Shown here: piece after piece, positions 8,800 to 17,920 of the stretch
How the letters are laid out: each line of letters begins with the position of its first letter
How positions within the stretch are numbered: the stretch's first letter is position 1
DNA from: a bacterium
GTDB lineage: Bacteria; Patescibacteriota; Saccharimonadia; Saccharimonadales; AWTP1-31
Assembly: GCA_030426125.1 (NCBI GenBank)
Contig: JAUHZB010000002.1
Location: forward strand, 67,633 to 131,632
DNA length: 64,000 bases
Reading direction: 5' to 3'
Made by a program: the position numbers and the translations under genes
The notes under the pieces: model-generated
Database searches by the model: none
The model's input: only the letters and a program-made list of their open reading frames with translations
Told to the model about the DNA's origin: nothing

Positions 8800-9741
8800 T
8801 TAGTTTAAGTCAGAAAGTACGACTTTTACGCTAGGTCCCATAGAGCTGCTTAAGTACATAGACTTAAAATAGTTGCCCTTGATGCCAGTAGGCTTACTGG
8901 TCTTAATGCTTGAGAGAACGGTGTCAATATTTTGTTTTAGCTTGTCATCTTCAAAGCTAACTTTTCCAACTCCGAGGTGCACTATTCCGGTGCTATCCAC
9001 TCTAAACTCAACTTTACCAGCCTTAGATTCCTTGATTGCTTTAGCTACGTTGGCAGTAACCGTACCGCTTTTTGGGTTTGGCATTAGACCGCGTGGTCCA
9101 AGAACTCGAGCGTGCTTACCTAGTTTGGCCATTAGCATTGGAGTGGCAACTAGAACGTCAAAATCTAGGTTGCCTTTAGCGATCTTATTCTCAATTTCTT
9201 CAGTTCCAACTATGTCAGCTCCAGCTTTTTTGGCTTTCTCGACATCGTCACCGTCAACGTAAGCTGCAATAGTTAGAGTTTTTCCAGTACCAGCTGGAAG
9301 CGTTACGTTACCGCGAATGTTCTGATCTGCTTGGCGCGGATCGACGTTAAGGCGGACGTGTAGTTCGACAGTAGCATCGAATTTAGCAGGATTGGTTTTC
9401 TTAGTTAGGGCTATAGCTTCCACTAAGCTGTATTCTTTACTAGAATCAATATTTTCAGCAGATTTGCGGTATTTTTTGCCACGTCGTTCTAATAGACTTC
9501 GAGTCTTTGGCGCTGGTTTGGCCTTCTTGGCGGCTTCATCTTTGTCAGCTTCTTTGCTTTGAGCTTTACGCTCTTCTTTAGCTTCTTTTTCGGCTTGTTC
9601 TTTTAGGGCCTTAGCGCTACGCTTTCCGGCTTTAGCAGTTGCTTCTTTAGCGACTTCAGGTTTATCTGTGGAAGCGTCTGAAGATTTTACTGTCGCTTCT
9701 GCTTCGGTATTATCTAATTTAGTTTTCTTATCTTCTGCCAT
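8800..9741 (-). CDS. rplA: 50S ribosomal protein uL1 with a long charged N-terminal extension
   Basis: [36 protein letters not shown]. Confidence 0.96.
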   Translation of the reverse strand: MAEDKKTKLDNTEAEATVKSSDASTDKPEVAKEATAKAGKRSAKALKEQAEKEAKEERKAQSKEADKDEAAKKAKPAPKTRSLLERRGKKYRKSAENIDSSKEYSLVEAIALTKKTNPAKFDATVELHVRLNVDPRQADQNIRGNVTLPAGTGKTLTIAAYVDGDDVEKAKKAGADIVGTEEIENKIAKGNLDFDVLVATPMLMAKLGKHARVLGPRGLMPNPKSGTVTANVAKAIKESKAGKVEFRVDSTGIVHLGVGKVSFEDDKLKQNIDTVLSSIKTSKPTGIKGNYFKSMYLSSSMGPSVKVVLSDLN

Positions 9742-9753
9742 TGTATTCCTTTC

Positions 9754-9780
9754 GTGGTGCTAGCGAGTTTCCTCTTCCAC
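9754..9780 (-). promoter_or_regulatory. Candidate L1-binding autogenous site between rplK and rplA
   Basis: GTGG-AAGAG-GAAA-CTC-GCTAGC-ACCAC stem with internal loop immediately before the AAAGGA SD; resembles intergenic L1 sites of Gram-positive bacteria. Confidence 0.65.
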
Positions 9781-9807
9781 AAATTAAGTATTACTATTTG
9801 TTGTTAA

Positions 9808-10239
9808 TTACTGCTCAATCTCAACACCCATACTTCGGGCTGTTCCTGCTACCATCTTCTTAACAGCGTCAACATCGTCAGTGTTCATATCATTAGCTTT
9901 AGTCTCAGCTATTTCAGTTAAAGCTGAATCAGATAGTTTCTTACTGATCTTTTCACTGTTAGGCTTACCAGATCCTTTTTGGATTCCAAGCTTAGCTCGA
10001 ATTAGATCATCCGTTGGGGCACCAACTACTCTAAAGTCCATAGAACGATCGTCATAGATTGTAATATGGGCGGTTACTGTAGCACCTTGCATGTCTTTTG
10101 TAGCGTCATTGAATGGATTAATGAAATCCATCATGTTTACACCGTATTGACCAAGGGTGCTACCAACTGGTGGTGCTGCACTAGCTCTTCCAGCTGGAAT
10201 TTTCATCTTTAAATTTGCTTTTACTTTCTTTTCTGCCAT
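9808..10239 (-). CDS. rplK: 50S ribosomal protein uL11
   Basis: APPVGSTLGQYGVN, KGSGKPN, GTARSMG. Confidence 0.96.
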   Translation of the reverse strand: MAEKKVKANLKMKIPAGRASAAPPVGSTLGQYGVNMMDFINPFNDATKDMQGATVTAHITIYDDRSMDFRVVGAPTDDLIRAKLGIQKGSGKPNSEKISKKLSDSALTEIAETKANDMNTDDVDAVKKMVAGTARSMGVEIEQ

Positions 10240-10408
10240 TTGTTCTCCACTACTTTTGTTATTAACGGATGAAGCTGGCCATTAATAACTAATATTTATG
10301 ATTGCGCCTGCATTAGCAGCGCTTGTAACTTGGATATTATACTATAAAGCTACACTTGTTGTCTAGAAATAGTCTAGGAATAGACAACAAATTTTAAAAG
10401 GAGTATTG

Positions 10409-10954
10409 TTAAACTCTTTTAACTTGCAGACTGTCGAGTTCTACGGGTGTTTCTCGGCCAAACATGTTTACTAGTACTTTTAGCTTACCTTTAGCAGAGT
10501 CAATTTCATTGATAGTTCCATCAAAACTCTTGAAAGGTCCGTCGGTAATGTTGACGACATCGCCAACTTTGTAGTCAATTTTGTGTTTAGGTTGCTCTAG
10601 GCCCATTCGCTTGTTGATTTTTTCCATCTCTTCGTCAGCGATTGGTGTTGGATCTGTACCGGTACCCACAAAGCCAGTAACTCCTGGAGTGTTTCGGACA
10701 ATATACCAAGCATCTTCGCTAAGCTTCATTTGAACAATAACGTAACCTTGGAAAATTCGCTTTTCAACTACTTTACGTTTACCGTTCTTAATTTCGATCA
10801 TCTTTTCTTTAGGAACTAAGATCTGATTGATCTTATCCTTCATATCTAAACTTTCAGCTCTTTGCCGAATGCTTTCCGCTACTTTTTCTTCATAGCCACT
10901 GTAGGTATGGATGGCATACCATTGTTTAGTTGTGTTATATCTTTTCTTCATCAT
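10409..10954 (-). CDS. nusG: Transcription termination/antitermination factor NusG
   Basis: WYAIHTYSGYE, VRNTPGVTGFVG, KOW domain GPF...MFGRETPVEL. Confidence 0.97.
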   Translation of the reverse strand: MMKKRYNTTKQWYAIHTYSGYEEKVAESIRQRAESLDMKDKINQILVPKEKMIEIKNGKRKVVEKRIFQGYVIVQMKLSEDAWYIVRNTPGVTGFVGTGTDPTPIADEEMEKINKRMGLEQPKHKIDYKVGDVVNITDGPFKSFDGTINEIDSAKGKLKVLVNMFGRETPVELDSLQVKRV

Positions 10955-10964
10955 CTCTCCTTAG

Positions 10965-11399
10965 CTACTCAACTAGTACTGCTCTAAATATTTTATCTAA
11001 TCCATAATCTGCCACCGTGATTAAAGCTCCGAAAATAAAGGCAAACATGAATACCGCGAAGGTTAATTGCCAGGTCTGCTTACGGTTAGGCCAAGTAACT
11101 AGCTTTAGCTCTTGCCATGATTCTATGAAGTATCTGGGCATTAAACTACGACGTTTGTTTAAGAACCGGCCAAATTTGTTGTCTGGCAGTGGCAGATAGA
11201 TTTCTTTTTTGCCGATTCTAACTAGATTGCTAAAAAATGCACTAATCTTACTTCGTAGCTTACCGAATAACGTAGATTTTCCGGCCTTAGTAGCTGCTTT
11301 GCTATTTCGCTCCCGAACAGTTTCAACTTTTCGAACCCGTCTTTTTTTAGTCGGGTTGCCCTTTTTTGCAGAGCTAGGTTTCTGTGTCTTGTCAGCCAA
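10965..11399 (-). CDS. secE: Preprotein translocase SecE with basic N-terminal extension
   Basis: ELKLVTWPNR followed by a TM helix; upstream of nusG. Confidence 0.9.
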   Translation of the reverse strand: MADKTQKPSSAKKGNPTKKRRVRKVETVRERNSKAATKAGKSTLFGKLRSKISAFFSNLVRIGKKEIYLPLPDNKFGRFLNKRRSLMPRYFIESWQELKLVTWPNRKQTWQLTFAVFMFAFIFGALITVADYGLDKIFRAVLVE

Positions 11400-11490
11400 T
11401 TTATTTCCTCACAAATTAAAAAAGAACTGATAATCTTCAGTTCCGTCAAGTCAACTTTACCAGAGAATTGCTGTAATTGTCAATCTATTT

Positions 11491-12186
11491 CTAGAAACTA
11501 GGTTGAAATTGTCGAATCTGACGTCTTAGTTGTTTGGCATCAGGTAATACAGCTTCGAAGACTGCCCAGAAATCCTTACCGTGATCCATAGCTTTGGTGT
11601 GCGACAACTCGTGAAGAATTACGTAATCTATTAGCTCCCACGGCAGAAGCATAAGGTATAGATTTAGAGTAATCTCTTTTTTTGAATTACAGCTACCCCA
11701 GCGTGCTTTTAGGTTGCGAATAGCGATGCTTTTGACCTCAAATTGGTGTTGGGCAGCTAGATCACGCAAGCGGTCTGGCAATACATCTTCAGCTTGTAGG
11801 CGAAGGGCCTTAACAGCCAGTGACCTGGCTTTGTCCTGAACCTCAGGTGAGCTTGCGCTAAGTCTGGCAGGATGTTTCAGATTTAGCTGATTGTCTTTTA
11901 TTCTACTGCTGATATTAGATACTTCCTTAGAAGCAATTAATCTTAGTTGGTGACTTTTTCCTATTAGCTGATTGTCCTTAAATAGTGTTTGTTCTTTTTT
12001 GTTTTTAGCGATCCAGTTTCGTTTGCTGATAACGAATTTAACTATCATGGGCATTGGTACCCATTTGGGAGACGTTACTCTGATTTCACCATTAGCGGCT
12101 AGAGAAATGCGAATTGCTTTGGAGCTAGCTCGTTTTGTTAACTTTACGTTTCCGACTTCTGGGATCTGGATGATTCGACTGGCCAT
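11491..12186 (-). CDS. YgjP/DUF45-like zinc metallopeptidase
   Basis: RWGSC, IDYVILHELSH, HGKDFW. Confidence 0.88.
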   Translation of the reverse strand: MASRIIQIPEVGNVKLTKRASSKAIRISLAANGEIRVTSPKWVPMPMIVKFVISKRNWIAKNKKEQTLFKDNQLIGKSHQLRLIASKEVSNISSRIKDNQLNLKHPARLSASSPEVQDKARSLAVKALRLQAEDVLPDRLRDLAAQHQFEVKSIAIRNLKARWGSCNSKKEITLNLYLMLLPWELIDYVILHELSHTKAMDHGKDFWAVFEAVLPDAKQLRRQIRQFQPSF

Positions 12187-12205
12187 TATTCAGGGTATTT
12201 TTCAA

Positions 12206-12868
12206 TTAGCGGATATAGATGTCTCGCCTGGATTCATCAACCCGTCCGTTTTTTAGCTGGTTTGGTATTAAGTTAACTAACCCTGGCTTCACAACACTTG
12301 AAGCGGCACTAAGACGATTAATTATTCCTAGGTCCAGTAGTTTTTTAATAACTGCATTGGTTTGCATTTTGCTGGTATGTTTTCCGCTAATTACGATATA
12401 GTCTTCGTCTTTAGGGTTTTGCATTTTATGAATATATTCTTTGAAAGACTTTTCGCTGTAATCTTTGGCGTATTTATCGTCAGATTTTCGTTTATCACGT
12501 CGGTTTAGGCGAGCTTGGGCGCTGGCTGAATCGATTTGTAGCCAGACCAGAATAGATTCTGCTTTAGCGCTACTAGCAACGTTTCTTAGCTCACGGCGTT
12601 GAGCTAGACGAGCTGCATTGGTGTCATAGATCACGCTCATTCCAGCATTTAGGAATTCCTCAGCCATGTAGATCATTAGATGATCGATTAACTCATCTTC
12701 TTGCTTGTCATATTGTGGCTTCTCAAATAGTTCACCGCGTAGTTTATCGGCTTGCAGATGGGCAGCGCCAAGAGTTTTACTAAGCTGTCGAGCGAAGTAA
12801 GACTTACCCGCTCCAGGATAGCCGTACAATAGCATTAACACCGGCTTGGTGGTGGTGATTTTACTCAT
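12206..12868 (-). CDS. P-loop kinase (AAA_33-like); probable start MSKIT
   Basis: GYPGAGKS near the N-terminus, VIYDTN..R..R, RLNRR lid. Confidence 0.8.
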   Translation of the reverse strand: MSKITTTKPVLMLLYGYPGAGKSYFARQLSKTLGAAHLQADKLRGELFEKPQYDKQEDELIDHLMIYMAEEFLNAGMSVIYDTNAARLAQRRELRNVASSAKAESILVWLQIDSASAQARLNRRDKRKSDDKYAKDYSEKSFKEYIHKMQNPKDEDYIVISGKHTSKMQTNAVIKKLLDLGIINRLSAASSVVKPGLVNLIPNQLKNGRVDESRRDIYIR

Positions 12869-12973
12869 AGTAGGTATATTGTATAGCAAACCTGTTACAA
12901 TCTAAAGAGGTAAACTTAGTTTTTACAACTGTTAACTCAAGCAATTACTGGTATAATTAGGTAGTTCTTTTAT

Positions 12974-13048
12974 AGGGGTATAGTACAACGGCTAGTATAA
13001 AGGTCTCCAAAACCTTAGATCGTGGTTCGATTCCACGTACCCCTGCCA
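12974..13048 (+). tRNA. trnW: tRNA-Trp(CCA)
   Basis: AGGGGTA/TACCCCT acceptor stem, AAGGT-CTCCAAA-ACCTT anticodon arm, GTTCGATTC, encoded CCA. Confidence 0.96.
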
Positions 13049-13092
13049 ATTATTCTATGCTTATCTGAATTTGTAATCTTGCTTTATATATT

Positions 13093-13130
13093 AAATCACC
13101 AGAAGACAGTGAGGAGCTTGCTGGTGATTT
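13093..13130. terminator. Hairpin between convergent tRNA-Trp and rpf
   Basis: AAATCACCAG...CTGGTGATTT inverted repeat. Confidence 0.5.
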
Positions 13131-13165
13131 ATCCTTTGATAGTTTAGTTTTCTTTATCTTACGAC

Positions 13166-13828
13166 TTAGCGCAGACCTAGCATGCTAGAACAGGCTGGCC
13201 ATTGTCCCCAGCCACTTCGGGCCTGAAGAATTTGAGCTCGTTTTATTTGTTCAGCTTTACTGTGTTGGTGCGGTAAACCAGTTCCACCAACTGCACGCCA
13301 GGTTGCGGCACTAAACTGCACACCACCGTAGTAACCATTGCCAGTATTTATTGACCAGTTTCCACCTGATTCACAACTAGCTAGTCGATCCCATACACTA
13401 CCACTAACCGCGTTACTACTAACAGCTGGCGCTGGGGTTGGCGTAGTTGCTGGAGCTTGATAGCTTTGCTGACTGCTACTTGAAGTCGATTGAACTCTTG
13501 TCTGTGGCTTTGGCGCTTGGTTGCTTGGAATAGCTCGTTTCTTTAGCTTTTCGGATTTGCTAGGAATCCGTAATTTATCTCCTGGGTGAATAATGTCAGG
13601 ATCAGCGATTGATTTGTTAGCGTAGAAAATTCGCTGGTAAGTTGTTTTTTTCTTGTTAGCAATTTTAGATAAGCTATCGCCTGGTTGCACTTCAACCACT
13701 ACTTTAGCTGGTTTTTTATTAGTTTTGGTTTGCTCAGCAGCTTCTACTGCTTTGGTGCTTGGTCCACCGAAAAATAGGCCGACAGCCAGAGCAAAGCTCG
13801 CTAAAAAAGCGATTTTTTTGATTGACAT
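13166..13828 (-). CDS. Secreted LysM plus resuscitation-promoting-factor (Rpf) transglycosylase
   Basis: Signal peptide; LysM VQPGDSLSKIA...DIIHPGDKLRIP; S/P/T linker; Rpf WDRLASCESGGNWSINTGNGYYGGVQF...QWPAC. Confidence 0.92.
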   Translation of the reverse strand: MSIKKIAFLASFALAVGLFFGGPSTKAVEAAEQTKTNKKPAKVVVEVQPGDSLSKIANKKKTTYQRIFYANKSIADPDIIHPGDKLRIPSKSEKLKKRAIPSNQAPKPQTRVQSTSSSSQQSYQAPATTPTPAPAVSSNAVSGSVWDRLASCESGGNWSINTGNGYYGGVQFSAATWRAVGGTGLPHQHSKAEQIKRAQILQARSGWGQWPACSSMLGLR

Positions 13829-13964
13829 AAATATACTCCTCCTTTTGTCCCAAAGTGCCCTGCATGATATTAATATTGTTTATTGGCAGGTTGGGATTTG
13901 CTCCACTTTTTCCTCACAAAAAAATGGCACAAGGACTATCTTACATGCTGGTATTTATATGTCA
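13829..13964 (-). promoter_or_regulatory. Promoter and structured 5' leader of the LysM-Rpf gene
   Basis: TTGACA-N16-TAAGAT; stem TCCCAA-CCTGC / GCAGG-GCACT-TTGGGA (13896-13848) just before the AAGGAGG SD. Confidence 0.55.
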
Positions 13965-14009
13965 AACCTAACAGATTACAAAAAATGTTGTAATTTTAAT
14001 TGGTCGTGC

Positions 14010-15566
14010 TTATAAGGTGTTTGGATATCGTCTGGCGATATATTCATTTGATTCATAAATTTGACGGGACTGAACGTGATTAATACCAAGAGCCATGGTT
14101 GTCATTGAACCGTATTCTCTGTCCGGTATTTCAACGGTCTTGGCTTTTAATGATCCAGTTATAATGGCTGGTTGCCTGGAATCATGTCTTATAGTCATAC
14201 GGTTTTGATCAAAATAGTGTACTTCTGTTTGTCGAGAAATATCTATAGTCTGTTCGGAGTTATCTGAGAATGTATAAGTGTCATTCCCCCAGGCTACGGC
14301 TGTAACTTCACCTCCGGGATTCCTGATTAGGATTGGCGACTCAACATGTTGAGACTCAATATTGAAAGGATTATCTATTTCTAGGACACCATTACTTAGA
14401 ATTTCTAGATGTAGGCCTAGTTTTTTGGCGCGGGTTAATATCTCATGTCCAGATAATTGTTCGTCTGGGAATAGCTCAGAGCTAATATATAGATCCAATT
14501 CGTTGTAGACGCCGTCTATACCGCGGTAGTTATAGTTATGGGCAACTCCACTACGCAGTAGATCAGTTCTTTGCTCAATGAACTGTATTGTTCCGGGGCA
14601 AAGATCTTCAAGGCGGGATAATAGCTCTGCTTGTTTCTGGGCTAGTGGCGAATTTGCATCAGGATCGGTTGGTTGGATTATCCCCCGATCGACTAGTGTC
14701 CACTCCAGTATCGTGGCTCGATCCTCAGAAACATTAGTTGCACCGTAGTCGTTAACGAATACTCTGTTTTCGGAGGGTAGAATGTATTTATCTTCTATAG
14801 TTTCTTCAAACCCCCTAAATCCTTGGTAGTTTATTGTATTGTATTGCTCAATAGCTAAGTCTACGTCGACGTCGGTACTACCACATAGTAGCTGAGCATC
14901 TATAGCATGGATTAATTCGTGTACTACAACGGCAGTGGTTTCGCTAAAGAATGTTGAATTATCTATTGCACTAGCCATATCAACATAGATTTTACCTTCG
15001 GCTAAATCGTACATGCCTCCAGCTATTTCTAGGCTGTCCTGATTATCATTAAATTCTGCTTTACGACTAATATTTTTTACATAGATAATTTCTGGTGCAT
15101 CCAGGGCTCTTATTAAGTTTGGTGAAAACAGCTGTAAGGCCTCCATGAGACTTTGCAGGTTAGTGGTTACTGCGCTACGCATTGCTTCATCGTCACCCGC
15201 TAGGGTTTCATATTGATAAATAGATACTTCTGACGGTTCATCGGGAAAACTTACTCTTATCCCATACTCTTGATCGATGCTGTCTATGATTTCTAGTGTA
15301 GATTGCTGGTTTAAATAACCGTCCATCGGTCTTAAGTAATTTGAAAAAATATCTTCTTGAGTTTCGGCGACTAACTGACTTACCTGAAATTCTCCAACGC
15401 TAAGGTCGGCTGTCGTACATAAATTGTCATCTTGGCCAGGCGGTTGTTCCCAGTATTCGTTTTGTTGAGTACCCAGTTCGGGGTTACTGCATCCAAGCAC
15501 CAGTGAGCCGGCGAGCAGTGGAGCCGCCAAGTATTTGATCGGATGGATACGATTGTTGGCTGACAT
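14010..15566 (-). CDS. Putative lipoprotein with a HExxH zinc-metallopeptidase domain
   Basis: Lipobox-like LVLG-C; VVVHELIHAID; downstream FVNDYGATNVSEDRA. Confidence 0.7.
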   Translation of the reverse strand: MSANNRIHPIKYLAAPLLAGSLVLGCSNPELGTQQNEYWEQPPGQDDNLCTTADLSVGEFQVSQLVAETQEDIFSNYLRPMDGYLNQQSTLEIIDSIDQEYGIRVSFPDEPSEVSIYQYETLAGDDEAMRSAVTTNLQSLMEALQLFSPNLIRALDAPEIIYVKNISRKAEFNDNQDSLEIAGGMYDLAEGKIYVDMASAIDNSTFFSETTAVVVHELIHAIDAQLLCGSTDVDVDLAIEQYNTINYQGFRGFEETIEDKYILPSENRVFVNDYGATNVSEDRATILEWTLVDRGIIQPTDPDANSPLAQKQAELLSRLEDLCPGTIQFIEQRTDLLRSGVAHNYNYRGIDGVYNELDLYISSELFPDEQLSGHEILTRAKKLGLHLEILSNGVLEIDNPFNIESQHVESPILIRNPGGEVTAVAWGNDTYTFSDNSEQTIDISRQTEVHYFDQNRMTIRHDSRQPAIITGSLKAKTVEIPDREYGSMTTMALGINHVQSRQIYESNEYIARRYPNTL

Positions 15567-15597
15567 GATAGATTTTAGTTACCAATAAATTGGTTAA

Positions 15598-15795
15598 CTA
15601 TTTCTTTACTTCGTTACGTCCTAGAGATTTCTTGGTTTCACTGTACCAAGTGTGTTTACGTAGAATAGGGTTATACTTTCTAAGCCGTAGCTTGTCTGGA
15701 GTATTCATAGTATTTTTGGACGTGTAGTAATGACGGTGTCCGGTTTCTTCGCACACTAGTCCAAGAATCTTGCGTTTATCGGTTTTCTTTGCCAT
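15598..15795 (-). CDS. rpmG: 50S ribosomal protein bL33 (zinc-free type)
   Basis: YYTSKN..NTPDKLRLRKYNPILRKH. Confidence 0.95.
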   Translation of the reverse strand: MAKKTDKRKILGLVCEETGHRHYYTSKNTMNTPDKLRLRKYNPILRKHTWYSETKKSLGRNEVKK

Positions 15796-15867
15796 AGGAA
15801 TTTATTTTAACAGATTGACTGATAATTTACCAGTCTTAAATTATAGATAATTACAAACTGGTTTGTA

Positions 15868-15942
<75 letters not shown>

Positions 15943-15993
15943 TTAACTTGGCCTATTATACCTGTTATTTTGACTTTTTCCAAAGACCCAAGA

Positions 15994-16398
15994 CTAGTTT
16001 TTTGGCTTAAACCGAAAATCTGGAGTTGGCTCTTTAGGCATGGATGCTGTTACTGGTTCAATATATACGGCACTAATCAGGACTACTATAGGTACCTCTT
16101 CTTCTTCCTCTTCTTCTTTTTCCCATTTGGGATGAAATAGTAGGCTATAGGGCGGTTTTTCTAGTTCGTTTGTATTGACTAATGTTCCTCCATTAACTCT
16201 AGGATGATCGGGAGTTAGAATCTGTTGCTCAGGATAGCCTCCCAGGAAGCTAGCATACGAACAAACAGCCAATCGTGCTGCCGTGGCTTCTGGAGCTCGA
16301 ACATCCCAAACTGATGAGGATTGAGTAGGCTGGTCTGAAACTTCAACACGCCAAAATCTATCAGGGGTTCGATCGCTCTCGGGCATAGTCCTCCACAA
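15994..16398 (-). CDS. Hypothetical protein (possible start MPESD at 16386)
   Basis: ORF track only; poly-Glu tract. Confidence 0.45.
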   Translation of the reverse strand: MWRTMPESDRTPDRFWRVEVSDQPTQSSSVWDVRAPEATAARLAVCSYASFLGGYPEQQILTPDHPRVNGGTLVNTNELEKPPYSLLFHPKWEKEEEEEEEVPIVVLISAVYIEPVTASMPKEPTPDFRFKPKN

Positions 16399-16495
16399 AC
16401 TTATTACTTATCTTTAATAGAATATTAGCATAAGAGATATTTTCTGTATACGAATTTTGGTATGTAAAATTAGCAATGACTTATATAGATAAAGC

Positions 16496-16951
16496 TCACT
16501 TGGCTACTTCGATAGTAGGAGGATCTAAGTTGAACTCTGGGCCTGTAACTATGTCTGAACTTTTCTTGAAATCACCTAGTATCACGCACAGCGCTGTTTC
16601 AGCCTGGACTTCTTTGTACATGTAGTAAGAGCTGTAGTCATCACTCATAATGAATTTATTATCTTTTTGATAGACAAACAGCTCAGGCGGTTTGAGATTT
16701 AAATAGCCTTTTAGGAAATCTGCTCTAAATTTACTGCTAATTTCTGGTTTAAAATCTGAAAAAGGCTGGATTAAATCCAACTTCACAACTGCTCTTCGGC
16801 ATTTAATCTTTGCTTGGTAGGCGTCTTTTAGGATAGACATCAATTCTTCGTCTTTTGGTGGGTGTTGCCCGCCGAATTGAATATTGATGTCATCAATATT
16901 TATACTAGACCTTTTGTCGTTCGGATCTGTTGTATCGCTGGTCATTGTCAC
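16496..16951 (-). CDS. Hypothetical protein, possibly ParB/sulfiredoxin-like fold
   Basis: PPELFVYQKDNKFIMSDDY...ALCVIL loosely echoes the ParB N-domain PIxV..y.i.DG pattern. Confidence 0.5.
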   Translation of the reverse strand: MTMTSDTTDPNDKRSSINIDDINIQFGGQHPPKDEELMSILKDAYQAKIKCRRAVVKLDLIQPFSDFKPEISSKFRADFLKGYLNLKPPELFVYQKDNKFIMSDDYSSYYMYKEVQAETALCVILGDFKKSSDIVTGPEFNLDPPTIEVAK

Positions 16952-16980
16952 TAGTCTACACGAAATAAATGATCTTTATG

Positions 16981-17006
16981 CAAAAAACCCTCACTGTAGG
17001 GTTTTG
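16981..17006 (-). terminator. Intrinsic terminator after the tRNA-Thr/tRNA-Tyr pair
   Basis: AAAACCCT-ACAGTG-AGGGTTTTTT. Confidence 0.75.
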
Positions 17007-17019
17007 TATGTTCGTAGTA

Positions 17020-17105
17020 TGGTGCAGGGTGTAGGATTCGAACCTACGAAGGCATATGCCAACAGATTTACAGTCTGTCGTGTTTGACCGCTTCACTAAC
17101 CCTGC
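17020..17105 (-). tRNA. trnY: tRNA-Tyr(GTA)
   Basis: GCAGGGT/ACCCTGC acceptor stem, ACAGA-CTGTAAA-TCTGT, long variable arm, CCA. Confidence 0.95.
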
Positions 17106-17106
17106 A

Positions 17107-17183
17107 TGGAGCCGCCTATCGGATTCGAACCGATGACCTACGGTTTACAAAACCGTCGCTCTAACCAGCTGAGCTAAGGCGGC
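17107..17183 (-). tRNA. trnT: tRNA-Thr(TGT)
   Basis: GCCGCCT/AGGCGGC acceptor stem, ACGGT-TTTGTAA-ACCGT, CCA; 1-nt spacer to tRNA-Tyr. Confidence 0.95.
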
Positions 17184-17219
17184 AGGAATTAACACTAGAT
17201 AAGTGTAGCATTACAGGGG

Positions 17220-17873
17220 TTAAATTACAACGCGTTTCGGACGAGCTACTTTTTTTGGTTTGCCTGAAGGTACGATTAATTTTTTTAGTTTTTGTTCTAT
17301 TTCATCCGCCTCTATTTGCATATCGCTCTGGGTGTAGGCTTTATGTAGGAGCTCATAGGTTTCTTTATTCGGTTCAAGCTCGGCTGCTTTTTTTAGTTCG
17401 GATATCATTAACTTACTGTTACCAAGTTGTTCTTGGACTTTAGCGTAGGCAATGTGTCGAGCGGCTAGCTTATCTTCTAGCTTCAAGGCTTGTTCGAAGG
17501 CAATAGCAGCTTTTTCATAATTTTCGGTCTCGTAGTAGATTAGTCCTAGGTTGTGAAGGCTCGATGGGGTTGACTCGATACTGGAGGCAATCTCAAAGCA
17601 GTCAATAGCATCTTTAAATTCTTTTTGTTTGGCGTAAAGAATTCCTAGTCGGTTGTAGGCGGCAGCGTTTCTAGTATCTATTTTTAGAATAGTTAGCAAG
17701 GCTTTCTCGGCGCGCAAGAATCGGTTTTCACGCATTCCTTGATGGGCAACATCCCACAACTTTCCTACTTTGTCGGTGATTTTTCGTGGCAAGGCACCGA
17801 ATTCATCATCGTCACCTTTAGTGGTTCGGATAACTAGAAAGCCGAAGAATACTAGAATTAATAGTTCTAACAT
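17220..17873 (-). CDS. Membrane-anchored tetratricopeptide-repeat protein
   Basis: N-terminal hydrophobic helix; AYNRLGILY, SLHNLGLIYY...YEKAAIAFEQALKL TPR repeats. Confidence 0.85.
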   Translation of the reverse strand: MLELLILVFFGFLVIRTTKGDDDEFGALPRKITDKVGKLWDVAHQGMRENRFLRAEKALLTILKIDTRNAAAYNRLGILYAKQKEFKDAIDCFEIASSIESTPSSLHNLGLIYYETENYEKAAIAFEQALKLEDKLAARHIAYAKVQEQLGNSKLMISELKKAAELEPNKETYELLHKAYTQSDMQIEADEIEQKLKKLIVPSGKPKKVARPKRVVI

Positions 17874-17920
17874 TGCGTCTATTATACGTTAGTTGCTGTA
17901 TTTAGTAAAAACTACCAGCT

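Noticed and set aside
10361..10385. Short GTCTAG(A/G)AATA repeat between nusG and rplK
   Set aside because: Two imperfect copies only; not distinguishable from chance in this CTAG-rich sequence.
13829..14009. c-di-AMP (ydaO) riboswitch before rpf
   Set aside because: Conserved ydaO elements were not recognisable; only a different stem structure is present.
16884..17087. 67-aa plus-strand ORF
   Set aside because: Overlaps tRNA-Tyr and its terminator on the opposite strand.
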